A DNA stretch of 56,987 nucleotides, the filler included, from Sphacelaria rigidula (taxonomy: Eukaryota), in assembly GCA_964200075.2 (NCBI GenBank). It is 7 parts of 7 records of this genome, joined end to end, with 100 filler letters (N's around TTAATTAATTAA, not from the genome) between each part and the next. Parts side by side here need not be neighbours in the genome. Positions count along the whole stretch, not along the records: positions 24,468 to 32,522 come from CAXNAA020012474.1; positions 32,623 to 40,677 come from CAXNAA020012475.1; 5 more parts are not named here. One strand, given 5' to 3'. A program made the translations under genes and the position numbers. The notes under the pieces were generated by a model. It searched no databases, had not been told where the DNA came from, and saw only the letters and a program-made list of their open reading frames with translations. Below are positions 25,084-38,900 of the stretch, one piece after another; position 1 is the stretch's first letter, and every line of letters starts with the position of its first letter.

Positions 25084-25563
25084 CGGTTTCCGTCGTGGCA
25101 TGCACGAGGACTGAGGCCGACTGGGGTTCGCAACAGCCGACGAACTGCGGGAATGCTGACCCAGTCCTCGACATTCAGTTGTCGCGCAGCAGGTACCGGG
25201 AAAGGGACGGGTTTATCATCTCTCGAGACCACGGACTTCATCTCAGAGAAAGGGAACGGGTTAAATGTTTCGAGGAGAAAAAAAAATAAAGATGTTGCTG
25301 ACCGCGCGTCAGTGCAAAGCAGAACGATTAAAAATGTTCTTCGTGTGGCGTGTGGTGGACACGATCTCCCCCCCCCTCCCCCCCAAGAACCTGTCATCAT
25401 GTAGCAAAGGGCGTCTCAGTACCGCACGGCACGGTACAACGCAGTACAAATCACGGTACCGAAGCTCTACGGTTACTTGCTATCGTCTCATGATCCTACA
25501 CAACACTACCGTACAGCAGGCCAGACTTTTTGTTTCTACGTGAGGGGGAAGGAGGGAGGGAGG

Positions 25564-25607
<44 letters not shown>

Positions 25608-25885
25608 CGGCAGACGTATATTTCACCTAAAATCGACCGCCCATGGTCATCGCTCACTTGTTTCGCGCCCGCAGCATGTTGATGGTCTCCATGCACGTTT
25701 CTATCGTCCATACGTGGTCCTCCTCTTTGAGCATGGCCATGGCTGCACGCGCGGGGTCGAAATCGTTCAGAGGATGCTGCCCCTTGGGCGAGCCTGCGAG
25801 AGAGACACCACTCACCAAACCGAGCTGTTGCTGCTCAGGGGGTGGGAAGCGGGTCGGGCGGGGGGGTGACATGCAGGGCGCCCTG
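25084..25885 (-). CDS. Probable exons of an unidentified gene (about 25658-25885 and 25084-25144)
   Basis: Coding-like ORF ending at a GTGAGC donor (..AMAMLKEEDHVWTIETCMETINMLRARN), with a compatible downstream AG..GTAAAA exon. No recognised homology. Confidence 0.35.
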
Positions 25886-27509
25886 AGTCAGGTCATGGGA
25901 ACGGAATACGTTGAGCTTGGCTCCGGTGTATCGTACACACGGAGCAAAGAGCGACTTCGTTCTACTACTGTAGCTCCAAGCACTGTGCTTTACAAGCGCG
26001 AGTTCGGATTTTCTGGTGTCGCACGTGGGTGAGTGGGGAAAGTGTGATGAGTTAGGTCAGAACTAACGCTCATGTTGTAATTTACAGCCTTCTGCAGGGC
26101 AGTGTTCCCAGATGAGCGCAAAAGTGACCACGATCCATTTGTTGAATTGATGTCACCAGCGTCCCTTGTATACATTGTTTGCAATCGAGCAATGATCATT
26201 AGACTCGGAATCAGTGATTGAGAGGCACCCGCCAGCAAAGACACCAAAATGTGATTGTTGCCCATGTTCATACACAAGCACGCGAAGAACGCTGCATGCT
26301 AATAGTGCACTCACTGTACTCTATGTTGTCGTGTGTGTTGCCCCATTTATTCTGGACGCCAGTCTTCACCTTTTGGTATATGTGGGCGCACCAGCCGGGG
26401 TCACACAGGAGGAATGTCAACACAGGAGCTTCTTATTTTTCATATGTATTTAATACCCCACCTTCCTTCTGCGGTGCTTGCCTTTACTTTTTATCGCGAG
26501 AGGGGTTCAGATATCCCTTTCCCTCGTCGACTGTTGAGTCGAATTTTGTGTACCCACGACATAGTCACTCTCCACTGCTGGGCATGGTGTGAGAAAAAAT
26601 CCTAGATCGCTCCGGGAATTCAACTCACTACCCAACCGTCAGAAGGTTTCGAGGTTACCAACTGAGCCACCGGGGCGACCGGCAACTCTACAAACCGAAA
26701 AACCGTATCCCAGGCAAATACGCAGCTGCCCCTAACCAGTGTTTTTTTCCAGTGTTCTTCGTCGAGATAGCTGCAATAAAATAACAGTGATCGATTAGGT
26801 CGCGGGCTATCGAGTGAAACATGGAACTACTTTGCATTGCAACACGAGTTGGAAGCAAAAGTGTTCACCGCCATACGGCTGCCTCGAATCTTCACCGCGG
26901 ACAATAAAATTCACGGATATTGAGCGGCAAGTGGATGATGACCGAGAATCACGCGCACTTTTCTGCTTGTTTGATACGAACCAGCCCCTCTGAGAAAGGA
27001 GCACGCGTTGGCGTGTGCGGACGCGGCCCCAAAACGATTGGAACTTGTTCCGACTGTCTTCAACAATCTATGCGAGTCATCCGTCGTTTGTAAAACCGGG
27101 CAGATAGAGCTTGTACATGTCATGGCAATTGTTCACTGTAGTTTTCAAACGGCAAACACAAGCACTACTACCGTATCTATTATACCGTATCTATTATACC
27201 GTATCTATTATACCGTATTGTCAAAATTGATCGGCTACGAGTACTCAGATGTAGAATGCACTGGCGAAGGACGGTATGACAGCCATTGCACCGTGCTGGA
27301 ATGGTGTTTCTCGGAGATGGGCCGATAGCCACACTCGTTTTCGTCGAAATATGACCGCAAATGTTCGGGCGCGGTATACCTGCCTGTTTACCAGCCGAAA
27401 ATGCGGTGACCGGTGCAACGGTAGCCAAAGGAGTCAGCTTAGCCCTTGGGGGCCTTGGGCTCTCATGGTACCGTGTCGACGTGGTGTTGGTTACTTATTT
27501 TTCATTAAT

Positions 27510-27772
27510 GACACTTTCTACGATAGCTCCTCCCGCAAACCCAGCCCAAAAGTGCCACGAAAAATATGGACATAAAGCACCTGGTGTTTGGGTTCAGGCT
27601 GCATGACACGCCTCATATGACGAGATGGACGAGAACGAACTCAAGCGTAGGAATTCCCAGCTGCTCGTTGTGCTCCGCTTTTTCCATTCCGATTTACGTG
27701 AGGATTTTGTCTCCCCAAACTAGGCACTTTGTTATTTTGTTTTTTGGGGGGGGGGCTATTGTAGAAAGTGTC
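27510..27772. mobile_element. MITE with GACACTTTCTACGATA TIRs and 4-bp TSD (TAAT)
   Basis: TIRs GACACTTTCTACGATAGC / GCTATTGTAGAAAGTGTC, with TAAT at 27506-27509 and 27773-27776. Confidence 0.85.
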
Positions 27773-28659
27773 TAATTTACTTTTTCTTATTCGAAGCAAA
27801 TACATCTGCAGAGCGTGGGGGATCTTGCGGCCAAGGACCGAAATCCAGTAGTGGATTTTTCGTGTATAATTTTCGTTGGAAAGGGTACACAGTAATACGT
27901 GATGCCACCGCACCACCACGCCGTCGACACCATGTTAGCAAAAAAGAACTACAGGACTTCGTTGGTTTTAGGGTTTGCTCTATTGTGTTTAGTATGAATC
28001 AAAATGAAATTATGGTAGTAGCTTTATTCTCGTGTCGAATTCAAATGTAAGATCCCTGACGTTCTCCGATCCCAGTTTTTTGGTGCACCGCCACTCCACA
28101 TACAAGTATCCCCATAAAAGCACAAGAGCATGCAGCGTGAATGAGCGCAGGAATCATCTGCAAGCCACAACCGACTAAGGCAGCAATGGCTGAATTCCAG
28201 CATTTACCCCTCTTGCGTGCTCCCACGAGCCGGCGGTGGGGGCGAAGTCGGGGGTTTGGTCATCTACCGTCATCAGCTTGCTCGTGCAAGTCCCACGCAA
28301 GCACTGCGCAGTACCGTGTATATGATCCTGGGAACACGGATTCGGCTGGTACATATCGCACGGTAGGCTTGCCGTTGGCCCGTGGCAGCTCGACTCATTG
28401 TAAACACCCCCAAGACACGTCGCTGCTGTTACGACGTCGTGGTGGGAGGCATGTCTAGTGGTATCAGGTCTATACACACAGGAAATAGGCAGACGGAAGC
28501 GTGTACTGCGCTATACTGTGCTGCGCCGCACAGTGTCGTATTGTACTGCAGGTACTGGGCATACGCCGTACTGAGTGCACAGTGTGTTTGTCTGAAAGCG
28601 TACGAGTGGAGTTTTCAATAATGGGCGTCGATATCCAGAAAATGGCAGTCAGAAAATCC

Positions 28660-28829
28660 CACACCTTGGACAATATATGGTCAATAGTTGCAATAGACAA
28701 GAAACATACTGCACGAAGTATAGGTCTATTGCGACTATCGTCGGCAGGCAATAGTTGCAATAGACCTATACTTTATGCAGTACACTTCTCGTCTATTGCA
28801 TCTATTGACCATATATTGTCCAGGGTGTG
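28660..28829. mobile_element. Palindromic hAT-like MITE with 8-bp TSD GAAAATCC; older copy at about 30275-30451
   Basis: The 170-bp element is almost wholly self-complementary (CACACCTTGGACAATATATGGTCAATAG.. / ..CTATTGACCATATATTGTCCAGGGTGTG). GAAAATCC occurs at 28652-28659 and 28830-28837. Confidence 0.85.
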
Positions 28830-29660
28830 GAAAATCCACATTTTGGTCGTTTGCGAACTCGGGGGTCTGAAGTGCCAAGTCACCCAGTTGGTTGAACCGT
28901 TCGTCTCAAAACTCACATCGCTGGCGATACTTCGACCGCCGGGTCAATTAAGTTGTGATGTCCACAGACTTTACCGTTGTAAAGTCGTGAGGGCATGACG
29001 ACAACACCGCGGTACCGTGATGACGCTTACACGGCACCCTCATGACGGTCACGTGTAAAATTCGGGCTATCACTGCGGGGATCCCATGGCAGTACCGTGC
29101 TTTGCCATGGTGCGGCCTACCATCGCCATCGATAGTGGTATGCCTTACCCTATCTACATTATAGTACCATCACGGAACGTCAAGTTTCTAGAAAGGCTCC
29201 GCAGTTTCGGCAATAGCGGGGATGCTAGAGCATCACCCCAGGGATAGTCGTTTGTCATTTGAGCGACTTAGCTACAAAAAAAGCGCTACACTCCGAGCAC
29301 GATAGTAAACTCGGGTGTCATGAAGCGGTGGTAGCGTTTGTATCCTCATCCGTATTTCAAGGGCATTGTGGCACTGATGCGACACTTCTTGTCAAGTGTT
29401 TGCATCTTATGCGCGAGCATGCACCGAAGAAAGGGTACCAGCAAACCTTTTGACCCTTTACTCGGCTCCGGATCCAAGAGGCTCAACAATAAATACAACG
29501 GGATACTTCAAAACTCATATCCCCTTTCTGTTAGTTCCGACACATACCATGTTCGGGATGGTATACGTGCAAATCGCCAATGGTACGGCAACAAGTGATA
29601 CATATTCCGCTAGCGCCTCCCACATAAGAAGTGTAGCGCATAATTTCAAGCACTCACTCC

Positions 29661-29912
29661 GACACTTTCTACGATATCCCCCCCCCCCCAAAACAAATTA
29701 GCTGAGAAATCTCATGAAGAAAATGGTCATACAGAGCCTGACGTGCGGTTTCAGGCTACATTAGGCGCCTAACATGGGCGACATCGGCGGAAACGAACCC
29801 AAGAGTGGGAATTCCCAGCTGCTCGTTGTGTTCGGTTTTCTTCATTTTGATATACGTGTAAACTTTGCCTCCCCACACCAGCCACTTCTTGGGGGCTATC
29901 GTAGAAAGTGTC
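29661..29912. mobile_element. Second copy of the GACAC-terminus MITE, 4-bp TSD CTCC
   Basis: Same TIRs and internal GGAATTCCCAGCTGCTCGTTGTG as 27510-27772. CTCC at 29657-29660 and 29913-29916. A third left end starts at 24252. Confidence 0.85.
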
Positions 29913-32900
29913 CTCCCCATAAACCCCTCAGAAAAATGCCATGGAGCTTCTTGACACTCATGGGGGAAATTGCTGCCAATTTGGTGATCCCAAAGGGACA
30001 GAGTTCTAGGGGAATCTATCGCTCGTTTCGTTATTTTTCATGCTTGCAACGCCGCCCCTTCGTCGGGATGAGTTCGTGATCTCAAGTGATCAAATTATCC
30101 GTACCTCGGCACACGCCTTGCACTTTGGTACTCCTTTGGTATCGCGGATTGGATTTTACTGTAGCACTGCTGTAGCACCGCACACTACGTCGGTGCTCGG
30201 GGAGTTAAAGTATTTCTTTCTCCTCACGTCCGTACGTTCTCGATGATGGAAACCAGATACTTTGCAGACGCAATCACATCCTGGACAATAAACTCATGGT
30301 CAACAGTTGTAACAGACAGGAAAGTGTACCGTGTAAAGTATAGGCCTATCGAAACCAATGTCGACTGAAAATAGTTGCTTTAGGCCTATACTTTGAGCAG
30401 TACATTTTTCTTCGTCTATTGCAACTATTGATCATACATTGTTCACGGTGTAGAAACAACCCAAATACATCTGCCGGAAATCGAACCCTCACTTCTTCGA
30501 CCGAATGTTGTCAGTTATACCGTTCAGACTTATTCGAAAGCCGCGGTGAGAGGCTTCCAAAATTCCACTCTTTCTTCGTAAAGGGATAAGCGAAACACTA
30601 CCTCGATCCGGACAAATCTGGAATTTATGAAGTTTGACATCCTGCACTTGGCTGAGCTCGGGACATAGCATCCTTCACTACTGTAGCCGGAAAAAAAGTG
30701 CCAGCATTCGAACATCTCCCGGTCCGCAGGGCTTTTCTAGAACTATCAGGGGGGCAGCCAGCCACGATGCCGATGTTTTAATTTTTTTAATTTTCTAACT
30801 TTTTTTTCACTGTGCGTTTGTTTTTGGCGGAATTGCAGAGAACTCCGCGATTAAAGGCAGAGAGTGCTCGAGATCTGTTGTCGCCCGTGTCCCGGGCAGA
30901 TACAGCTTGCATTCCAATTGATATGCCTTACCTAGATCGGGCCACTGCACTGCACTCCAATAAATGTGCTGTAAATAAGCGGAGACAACGAACGGCGACG
31001 AATAGACAGGTCCCGCCGAGACGCAAGAGCATGCCTACGCGAATGGGACAAATGGCAGCAAAGCGTACCACGAACGTGGGTTCCCGATAACCGTATAACC
31101 ACCCCGAAGTACAACGCGCGTGTTGATGGATCATCGTCGACCCTCGGGGCGTTTCCATCATTCAACATTATGCCAGCACACCAAGCATCGGGCTTTGGAG
31201 CCGGTTACGCAAAAAGACAATTTGATAGGACAACTAAGATAGAGAGAGCATTGTTTGTGTTTCATTTGATGTGACGAAGTTTGATGTGCACGTTGCCGAC
31301 ATCAAGGCAAAAGTAACACCAACACCAACAATGCCTTTCTCACTCAACCTCTTGTCTCCCGTCCGAACTTGATGGCCTGAGACGAACGTCGAGGGAACGT
31401 TAGCCCCTTCGGCTCCCACGGCCTTCTGTTCCGAAACCCGGCCTCCGATAGCCCCGTCAGTGATCGAAGTGACAGTATAGAAGTATATGGCAGCTGGTAA
31501 GTCGAGTTGAGACCAAAACGAACTTTTCCCGACTTTTGATTTTTTATCGATTGGGGTCCAGCGGTCTGGCATTGCTGAGTAGGTGGGACTCCGATCCAAT
31601 ACTGTCTATCGTTCATAACATCAAGGCCGACCGAGGTCGCCCTATCTTCCCCGACTCACAACGCCACGACCTCCCGCTCGAGCTGCAGGGGCTTCAACGC
31701 GGTCGATTGGCTGTGAGGGTGTACGGGGAAACGATTTCCTCGTACCTCAGGAATATAGTCACAACACCACCCCGCTACACTTGCACTCGCCACCTACAGT
31801 GCGTACATCCCCCACCCAACACGCCACGCTTTTCGGCTATTCAGTAACAGCGATGCTTGCCGATCACGTCAGCATACACGACGACTGTGCTGTTCCGTCC
31901 AATCTCTACAGTCCTTAGACGAGAATACCGCCGGCCGCGGCTCATGCCCGAGTATCTCCGACAAGTGTCTCGTGCATGTCAACGGCCTTTTTTTTCATGC
32001 GGGCTTTGTCTCCCCCTACCAGAAACATGTATTCCGCACGCTCCGCGAGAAAGGGAGAAACACAGGCGGCCTACAGGCGAATGGGTGCCCACAGAAGTGA
32101 ATTCCCCTTTGAAAGGTAGGCGTTCTGGGTTTTGTCCCTCAAGATTTTCGAGTGTCTGATGTTTTCAGAAGAGGGGGGCATCGGCTACTCACTTCAAGTC
32201 CTTCATGGCCATGGGGGAGGAATTCCTGGTTATCAAGGCAGCTCTTGATTCCCGAGATTTGAGTATTTGGGCCGAAGGTCAACTCTTGGATCACTTCTTA
32301 TGGGTGTGGACCAATCACTCGGATGGCGCTTCTTTCGGCGATTGGGCGCCGACTCTGGCCCTGACAGAAAGCTTGGCATAAGGTACTACTACATCGGAAA
32401 AACTTACACTACACTGGTCGCCCCGGTGGCTCGGTTGGTAACCTCGAAACCTGCCGACGGTTGGGTCGTGGGTTCAATTCTCGGAGTGATCTGGGATTTT
32501 TCTCACACCATGCCCAACAGTGNNNNNNNNNNNNNNNNNNNNNNNNNNNNNNNNNNNNNNNNNNNNTTAATTAATTAANNNNNNNNNNNNNNNNNNNNNN
32601 NNNNNNNNNNNNNNNNNNNNNNGCGTACTCATTTGTTGCTTGCCTTAGTCATTTGACCATTGACCACGCATCCCTTTCGAGACGGAGCACGGGGGGTTCA
32701 GGTACTGCGGCGGGTTCGTTAAATGATCCCTCACTTGTTCGGTGTTTTGCATCCAGACGCTACGTCACGTTTGTAGCCGGGTTCATGATATTTACGTGTA
32801 CCCTCATTCATCGTTGGCGCTAAATGTATTTCTTCGCGTACAAGCGGTATGTCATCACCGTTTTTTTATCCTCTGAATTGGAACCACTGGGTAAGAGAGC

Positions 32901-32927
32901 AATCGCCCGTTGATCGCCCTGTTTTAG

Positions 32928-35900
32928 ATCGGGGGACAAGGAACTGTGACGACGATGCTGCGCCAGTTCAAGAAGGCGCTGCGGAGCAGCTGCTGTGATC
33001 GGAGGGAATTCGGGACGCGACATGGCTCATCCTCCTCGCCGCCGATGCCTAAAATTCAGCCGACGGAGACGCCACGTAGCAAAACCGACATAGATTCAGG
33101 AGCGAGTCATTCTGCGACCAGTCGCGCACAGACGTTGCTCGCGATTCTCAGGAATAAAACCGGCGGTAGGGGTGTGCACTGGGAAAGTAACAAGAGCGGT
33201 AATGCCGGAGGTAGCGAGCAAGGCTCTCCGCGGGGCGAGGGTGCTGGGCTCTCGGGGGCGGCGGCGCCGGTGGTAGTCGATGTTGAAGATACGCCCATGA
33301 CAAAGAGAGAGGGGAGTGTGCAACAGGAGAGTCGAGAGCAGGAAGCTAATGTGTGGGGTAGCAGCTGTAGCACCGACGGAGAAATGAGCAAGCCAAATGT
33401 GAACAGGAGAGCGAAGGAGATTTCGAGTTTCCCGATTACGGGCTTGCAGTCCGGGATACCGCTGTCGAAACTCAAAATCGTCATTGGTGAGTCTTCTCCC
33501 CTACATTTCCCCACCTTTTGTTTATTTGGTGCCTTTAAGTTGTGTTATGTTTTTCCCGCGAGTTCATTGATCATGATGAAATTTTCCTGGCATAATCGTT
33601 TCGGAAAATGCGACCACAACTTTTCCTGTTTTCTGTTAGTTCGAATGGAGAAGCTATCGTGTACACATCGTTATTTCTCTCATATTGTTGTTGACAAACC
33701 CGGATCTGGTCCTATATCCTCGTCCGCACGTGTCCTCTTTCACATAAAATCATGGTCGCGGCTCACCCCCTTCTGCGTGGCGCCCTCCCTTCTTGGGTGA
33801 CGCTGTGCGCATCGACCGGTCTCTTCACATTGACGCAGTGGTGTGGCAGATTTTGATCGCGGTGAGTCAATCGATCAGAGTTGAACTGTCTCTTATTCGT
33901 GTGCTTGTCCTGACCATGCGTCTTTCTCCATGTATGAAAATACAACGGACTAGTCATTGGTGAGTCAGCTCCTCAGAGAGCGAACTAGAAGTGAAATCAA
34001 GTCTCTGCTAGGTGTATAGCTACTCTGCTGATGTCGAAAACAGTATTATAGTGCCGGGGTGATTGTTTTTCTCAGCCGACAAAATCGCACAGCAACCGAA
34101 GCCCTGACCCTGCCCTCCCCTATCCGACGTCTTGCCCTTCTCCTTCCCCTCTCTCCCTCTTCCGATATCCGCGTGAAAATTGCTGGAATTACCCAGTTCT
34201 CGGATGTTACCCAAGTGCCAATGCCACCGATTTACGAGCGATTCCTTTCGATCATCGGGATATTCTCGTTCGACTGGACGTGGACCTTATCGGCGTCATG
34301 TATCTTCACGGGCTTCAACTTTTACGACCAGCTGTTGTGAGTTATCATCAAACCGCGACGTTGGATAGGCTTCTCTGTGTTGGCTATCCCGTCGCAAGGA
34401 ATTTGACTGCGCAGCGCTCTACTGACGTGTGCGTCGAAAAACATCGGGCGGAGAAGTGAGTGCAAACGTGCCACTTACATGCTCGCTCGCACACTGGAAG
34501 CAATCAACCCGTTGTTGCCGTCCAAGAGTACGATTAAAAAAGAGTACCTCGACTTGTTCTGCTATACCGCCATAAAAGCATGCTTGCTCCACCCAAAAAG
34601 TACGTGGTGCCAAAGAGGCCTTTCATCTTCGACGCCGATGATGATACAGGCCAAACCCGAAGTAGGTGGTTCTTGATCATCCATCGGCCCGCCATTACAT
34701 CTCACGGTTCGTTTTGTAGGCTATGCATTGAACTTCCCCTTCATATACACATATCTCGCTGTTGTCAGTCATGCAGGGTTGATTAGTTGATTGAGTTAGT
34801 TGATGGATTGTCGCACATAAAGTGATCTCCGAAGGACCCAGCCGTTGTAAGAGGATAGGCGTACCCAGGGCAAACAAAATGGGAACTCCCGCTGAAAAAA
34901 AGACCAACAGTGGGGAACAAAAACTGCTATATCGTTTGACGCCTGGGCACACATGCCGCAACGATACCTGACATGAGTTCACAGAGTCTATTGTTGTGAC
35001 TGAAATATTCTGCACCTGTCATCTACCTCACTGAGGACATAATGATGTTCTTCTTGTCTCAAAGTCCTTCGTCGCTGCCCCCCTCCTCGACCTTCTCTCT
35101 CACCCCACTCACTCAAGTAATCACTCCTGCAATGTCCGTGCTTCACCGCGCTTCCTTGCGCATGCTTGTCCCGATCTTTGAATTAAATACACCGCACATG
35201 GTACGGTATTATCCGCCACCTCCTCGTGCTGATGTTGTGTGTGGGGGGGTGCAGGATCGTGACGATCTTTCCATTGATCTTGCTCTGCGTTCTGGGAGTG
35301 ACATTCTGCATCAGCGTATGCCCGTCAGTGCAAGCGGCAACGCAGCGGCACAACACGACCCAGGGCGGATCCAACTCCGAGCTTCCTGCAACAAAAGGGG
35401 CAGCAGCAGCTACCGGCGGAACAATGGAAGGATCCGTGAATTCGTCTGTCATGGGCTTTCCACGCGCGGAGGCATTTGACACCTCGGAAGCCAAGCGATC
35501 ATTCGTAGTGCGGAAATCTGGACCCCAGGATCACGGAGACGCAAAGCAGGTGTGTGGTGTTTGGAGAGGGGCAGCTGTCCACGGTGTGCGTGCAAGTCGA
35601 GATGGCTTGCCTGCGGTTTCGAAAATAGGAGGCGTTTGTTTTGCACTGTAGAGCAGCCAGTACGGTGGCAGAACAGCAGGTTTCTGCATAAAATTCGGTT
35701 CGGTAAGTAGGCCGTTCAACTTTACACAGAGCACCCACGAGTTGTGATGTATCTATCTCCACTCTATGTACATCGCATGAAACAGCGCCAAGCGAGACGT
35801 CATCTCTTTGCGACCTAAGCTTACATTCTCATCTTGGCAACATGTTCACGTGGTGGAAGATTGCGCGTTGTTCTTCTCCCGCGCCAAGTTTGTGCGCCTT

Positions 35901-38900
35901 TTGCCTATTCTCGTGCTTGCTTGGTTCTTGTGCCGTACGTCATGATGTTTCTCCTGCTGCTCAGCGTAACATGTGAGACCAAAAAATGGGATTGCGGGCA
36001 GCGAAGGCACACTATTGTTGCTTGGTATTGGAAGCAGAATTGTTTTTTTTCCCATCGTATTGTATTCAATTCTATGACCATCATATATATGTTACAATGA
36101 TGCACCCCTTTACGAATCGACCTGGGCTCCTGCGTGGTGCCGTTTTTAATATTATTCTCCCTCATCCGTGTGCTGGGTCTCCTTCGCGGAAAATAAACGC
36201 CGGTACTAATGTGTCAACGCACGAATGCGCCCTTCATTGTGTACCCTTGCGCAGGACCACAGGTGGCGCGTATTCGCCCGCCACGTGACCATGGCCATCA
36301 TAATCCTGTACCTGGCGTACACTCAAGTGTCCACAGTGGTGAGAAAGTACTTCCAGAAAGAAGACAAACTTCTGAATGCCAGGTGTTGGCCAAAAACGTT
36401 TCTTCGTTGGCCTTTTGATTTGATGATGCAGCTGCATGTCTCAGAGTACACTCAGTACCTTGGCAGCAGGAAGTACTGGCGGACGTGAGTGTAAGCTCGA
36501 AACGGCGACCAATTGTGTTCGGTGCATCGCGCTGCCTCGTCGTCGCGATAACACTCACGGACCACCGCATCACTCACTGTGGCACCTCCTCTCGGTTTCG
36601 CCTTCCACTAGTACACTGTCGCCGTCACCTGCGCGTTGCCTCAACTCTCCTGGCGCCAAAGATCACAGATCGGCCTAAGATCGACCTCTACTGTGCCGGG
36701 AACATGTAAATAATGACTGTTTTTTGTTTTACTGTTCAACCATCTCTCCCCCGATGCACGCCTCACACTTTGGTCTGGTGGATTGGATCATAACCATCAG
36801 TACTCCCGTCCCGCGTCGACTGTCGTCGATGATGTGTTCCTAAAATAGCTACTCACTTCCTCACGTCTCCAAGGACGAGAAATAGATATTTCTCAGAAAA
36901 AGAACATAAGATAACATATGCATGTGTCTGGGTTCGAACCCCGAGTCTTCCGCCCTAACTAACTGGTCCGAGTTGTACCATTTTGAATTAGACCACCGGG
37001 TTACGGAGGCTTGACTATTTGTAGGTAACATCCGTGAGTTTGGAGCTGGGGGCCATGGAGTACACGGTGTGCTATTGTGGGTTGTGCTCGCGCTAAGAGA
37101 GAAACGCTGCTTAGCTATAGCATTTGGGCTACCGATGGTTACGGCCAGTCGGGGATATTTTTTCAGAGTGAAGCCTCGCGCTCAGGGGATCGAAATAAGC
37201 TGAATAATCGTTTTCAATACTGCATACACACGCGCATTCCGGCAGGTGCTTCAAACGTTCGCGTGCGAAGATTTACCAGAGGTCGGCAAGCGCTATCTCC
37301 GGGCGGATTTCAGCATCGAGTGCGACACAGCGACGCATCGCGCGTACCAAGTTTACGCTGCCGTCATGATCGCCCTCTGTGAGTGCACATTCCGCACATT
37401 TACGCAAAACACAACGTGGCTAGACTACATGCATTACCGTACGCTTCTCGTTTATCCGAAATTCAGGTATAGTGCTTTCGTTCTCATCCGTTCCTACTTA
37501 TGTATTTGCAGACGTATATCCTCATGGGTTCAGTCGCACACAAATGCATACAAATATACATGGGATATAGATACTCTCGTATCTTGTGTCAGGCGCGAAA
37601 ACCGACCGGTCGAGGAGGAGGCGTAACCGATCGTGGGTAACGACTCTTAAAGTGGAACTCCACGGTGAATACCCTTGAACTCTGGCCGTGTACAAGGCAG
37701 TGGTTGATTGGGTATTGATTGATTTCTCACATGAGCTGATTGCAACAATCAAGTCCGTTGTCAGGAGCAGCAAAAAATTAACAGAATAGCAGTTGAAAAT
37801 AGCAACTGCTCGCTCAACCTGTTTTTGTGACATTGTCGAAGCTATGGCTATTGGTCTGCGTCTGTCTCGAGCTCGCGTCGCTTATTCGAAAGTCGTGGTG
37901 GACTACGCAGAGGTGTGAATGAGAACCCCCGAATAACAATATTTCCCCCGTTGTATTAAAAAACAAAAAAAGCGGCGGTATGGCTCTCTGGACATTGATC
38001 GTTTCATGTGGTCCAGCTGCACTTTGTGGTCGATAATCCTCCGCGTAAAGCCTGAGACCCTGTTTATGAGATGGGGGCACATCACAATATCGCGCACGCG
38101 TACGTTCTTGAGTTCGTTCCATGGCATAGATTGACTCCACAGCATTGTTCGACGAAGGCGTGCAACCCTATTCGACCGTGATGTCCGTTACATCTTCGCT
38201 ATATTCCCCGCTATGGAAGATTTATCTCTCTCCCCCCCGCCCTCCACGACACATGACGTCGATGATAAGAGTTACTATAAACGCTGACGTGGCGACGTAT
38301 GCCCCGAGAGAGCAACAGTGGACTGCTATGCAGCGGCACGTATCAACCAGCCCTTTCACTGCCGCAGCAGGTCATCTGGGTCTTGCAAGTCACTCGTTCG
38401 ATCGAAAATGATGACGATTGAATGAATAACTCCGCGCTACTCGCGGTCAAAGGGTCAAAGGGCACCACGCTCACACAAAATTAAACTGACTACTTGCTTC
38501 GTCTCGAAAGGGGTGCGTGGTCAATGGTCACATGACTAAGGCAAGCAACAAATGAAACGTTCCCCCGCCGCCCCCGCCCCCGCCCCCGCCCCCCAAGCAG
38601 TACAGATGGCAGTAGCTAAGAAAATACTTAAATGCTCGAAAACGACGAGTAAGACAGTTTTGAGAGCATAGTTGGGAATGTACTCAGTTGAAACAAACAG
38701 AGACATGAGGAAATTACGATGGCAATATAGCGAAAAGAACATGCAGAGAAAGAGACTGCCAGCTATAGTTGATAGGGCTGTATGGAAGACAATTACGAAA
38801 GGGAAGCCTGGAGTAAGATTGGATGAAAAAGTCGAGACGATATGGAAGGAGATAGGAGGAAACCAAGACGAAATACTGTCCATAGATACAGACGCGGGGT

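Noticed and set aside
30800-32400. Cluster of 80-120-aa ORFs in contig 4
   Set aside because: No recognisable motifs or consistent splice chain, so I cannot support a call.
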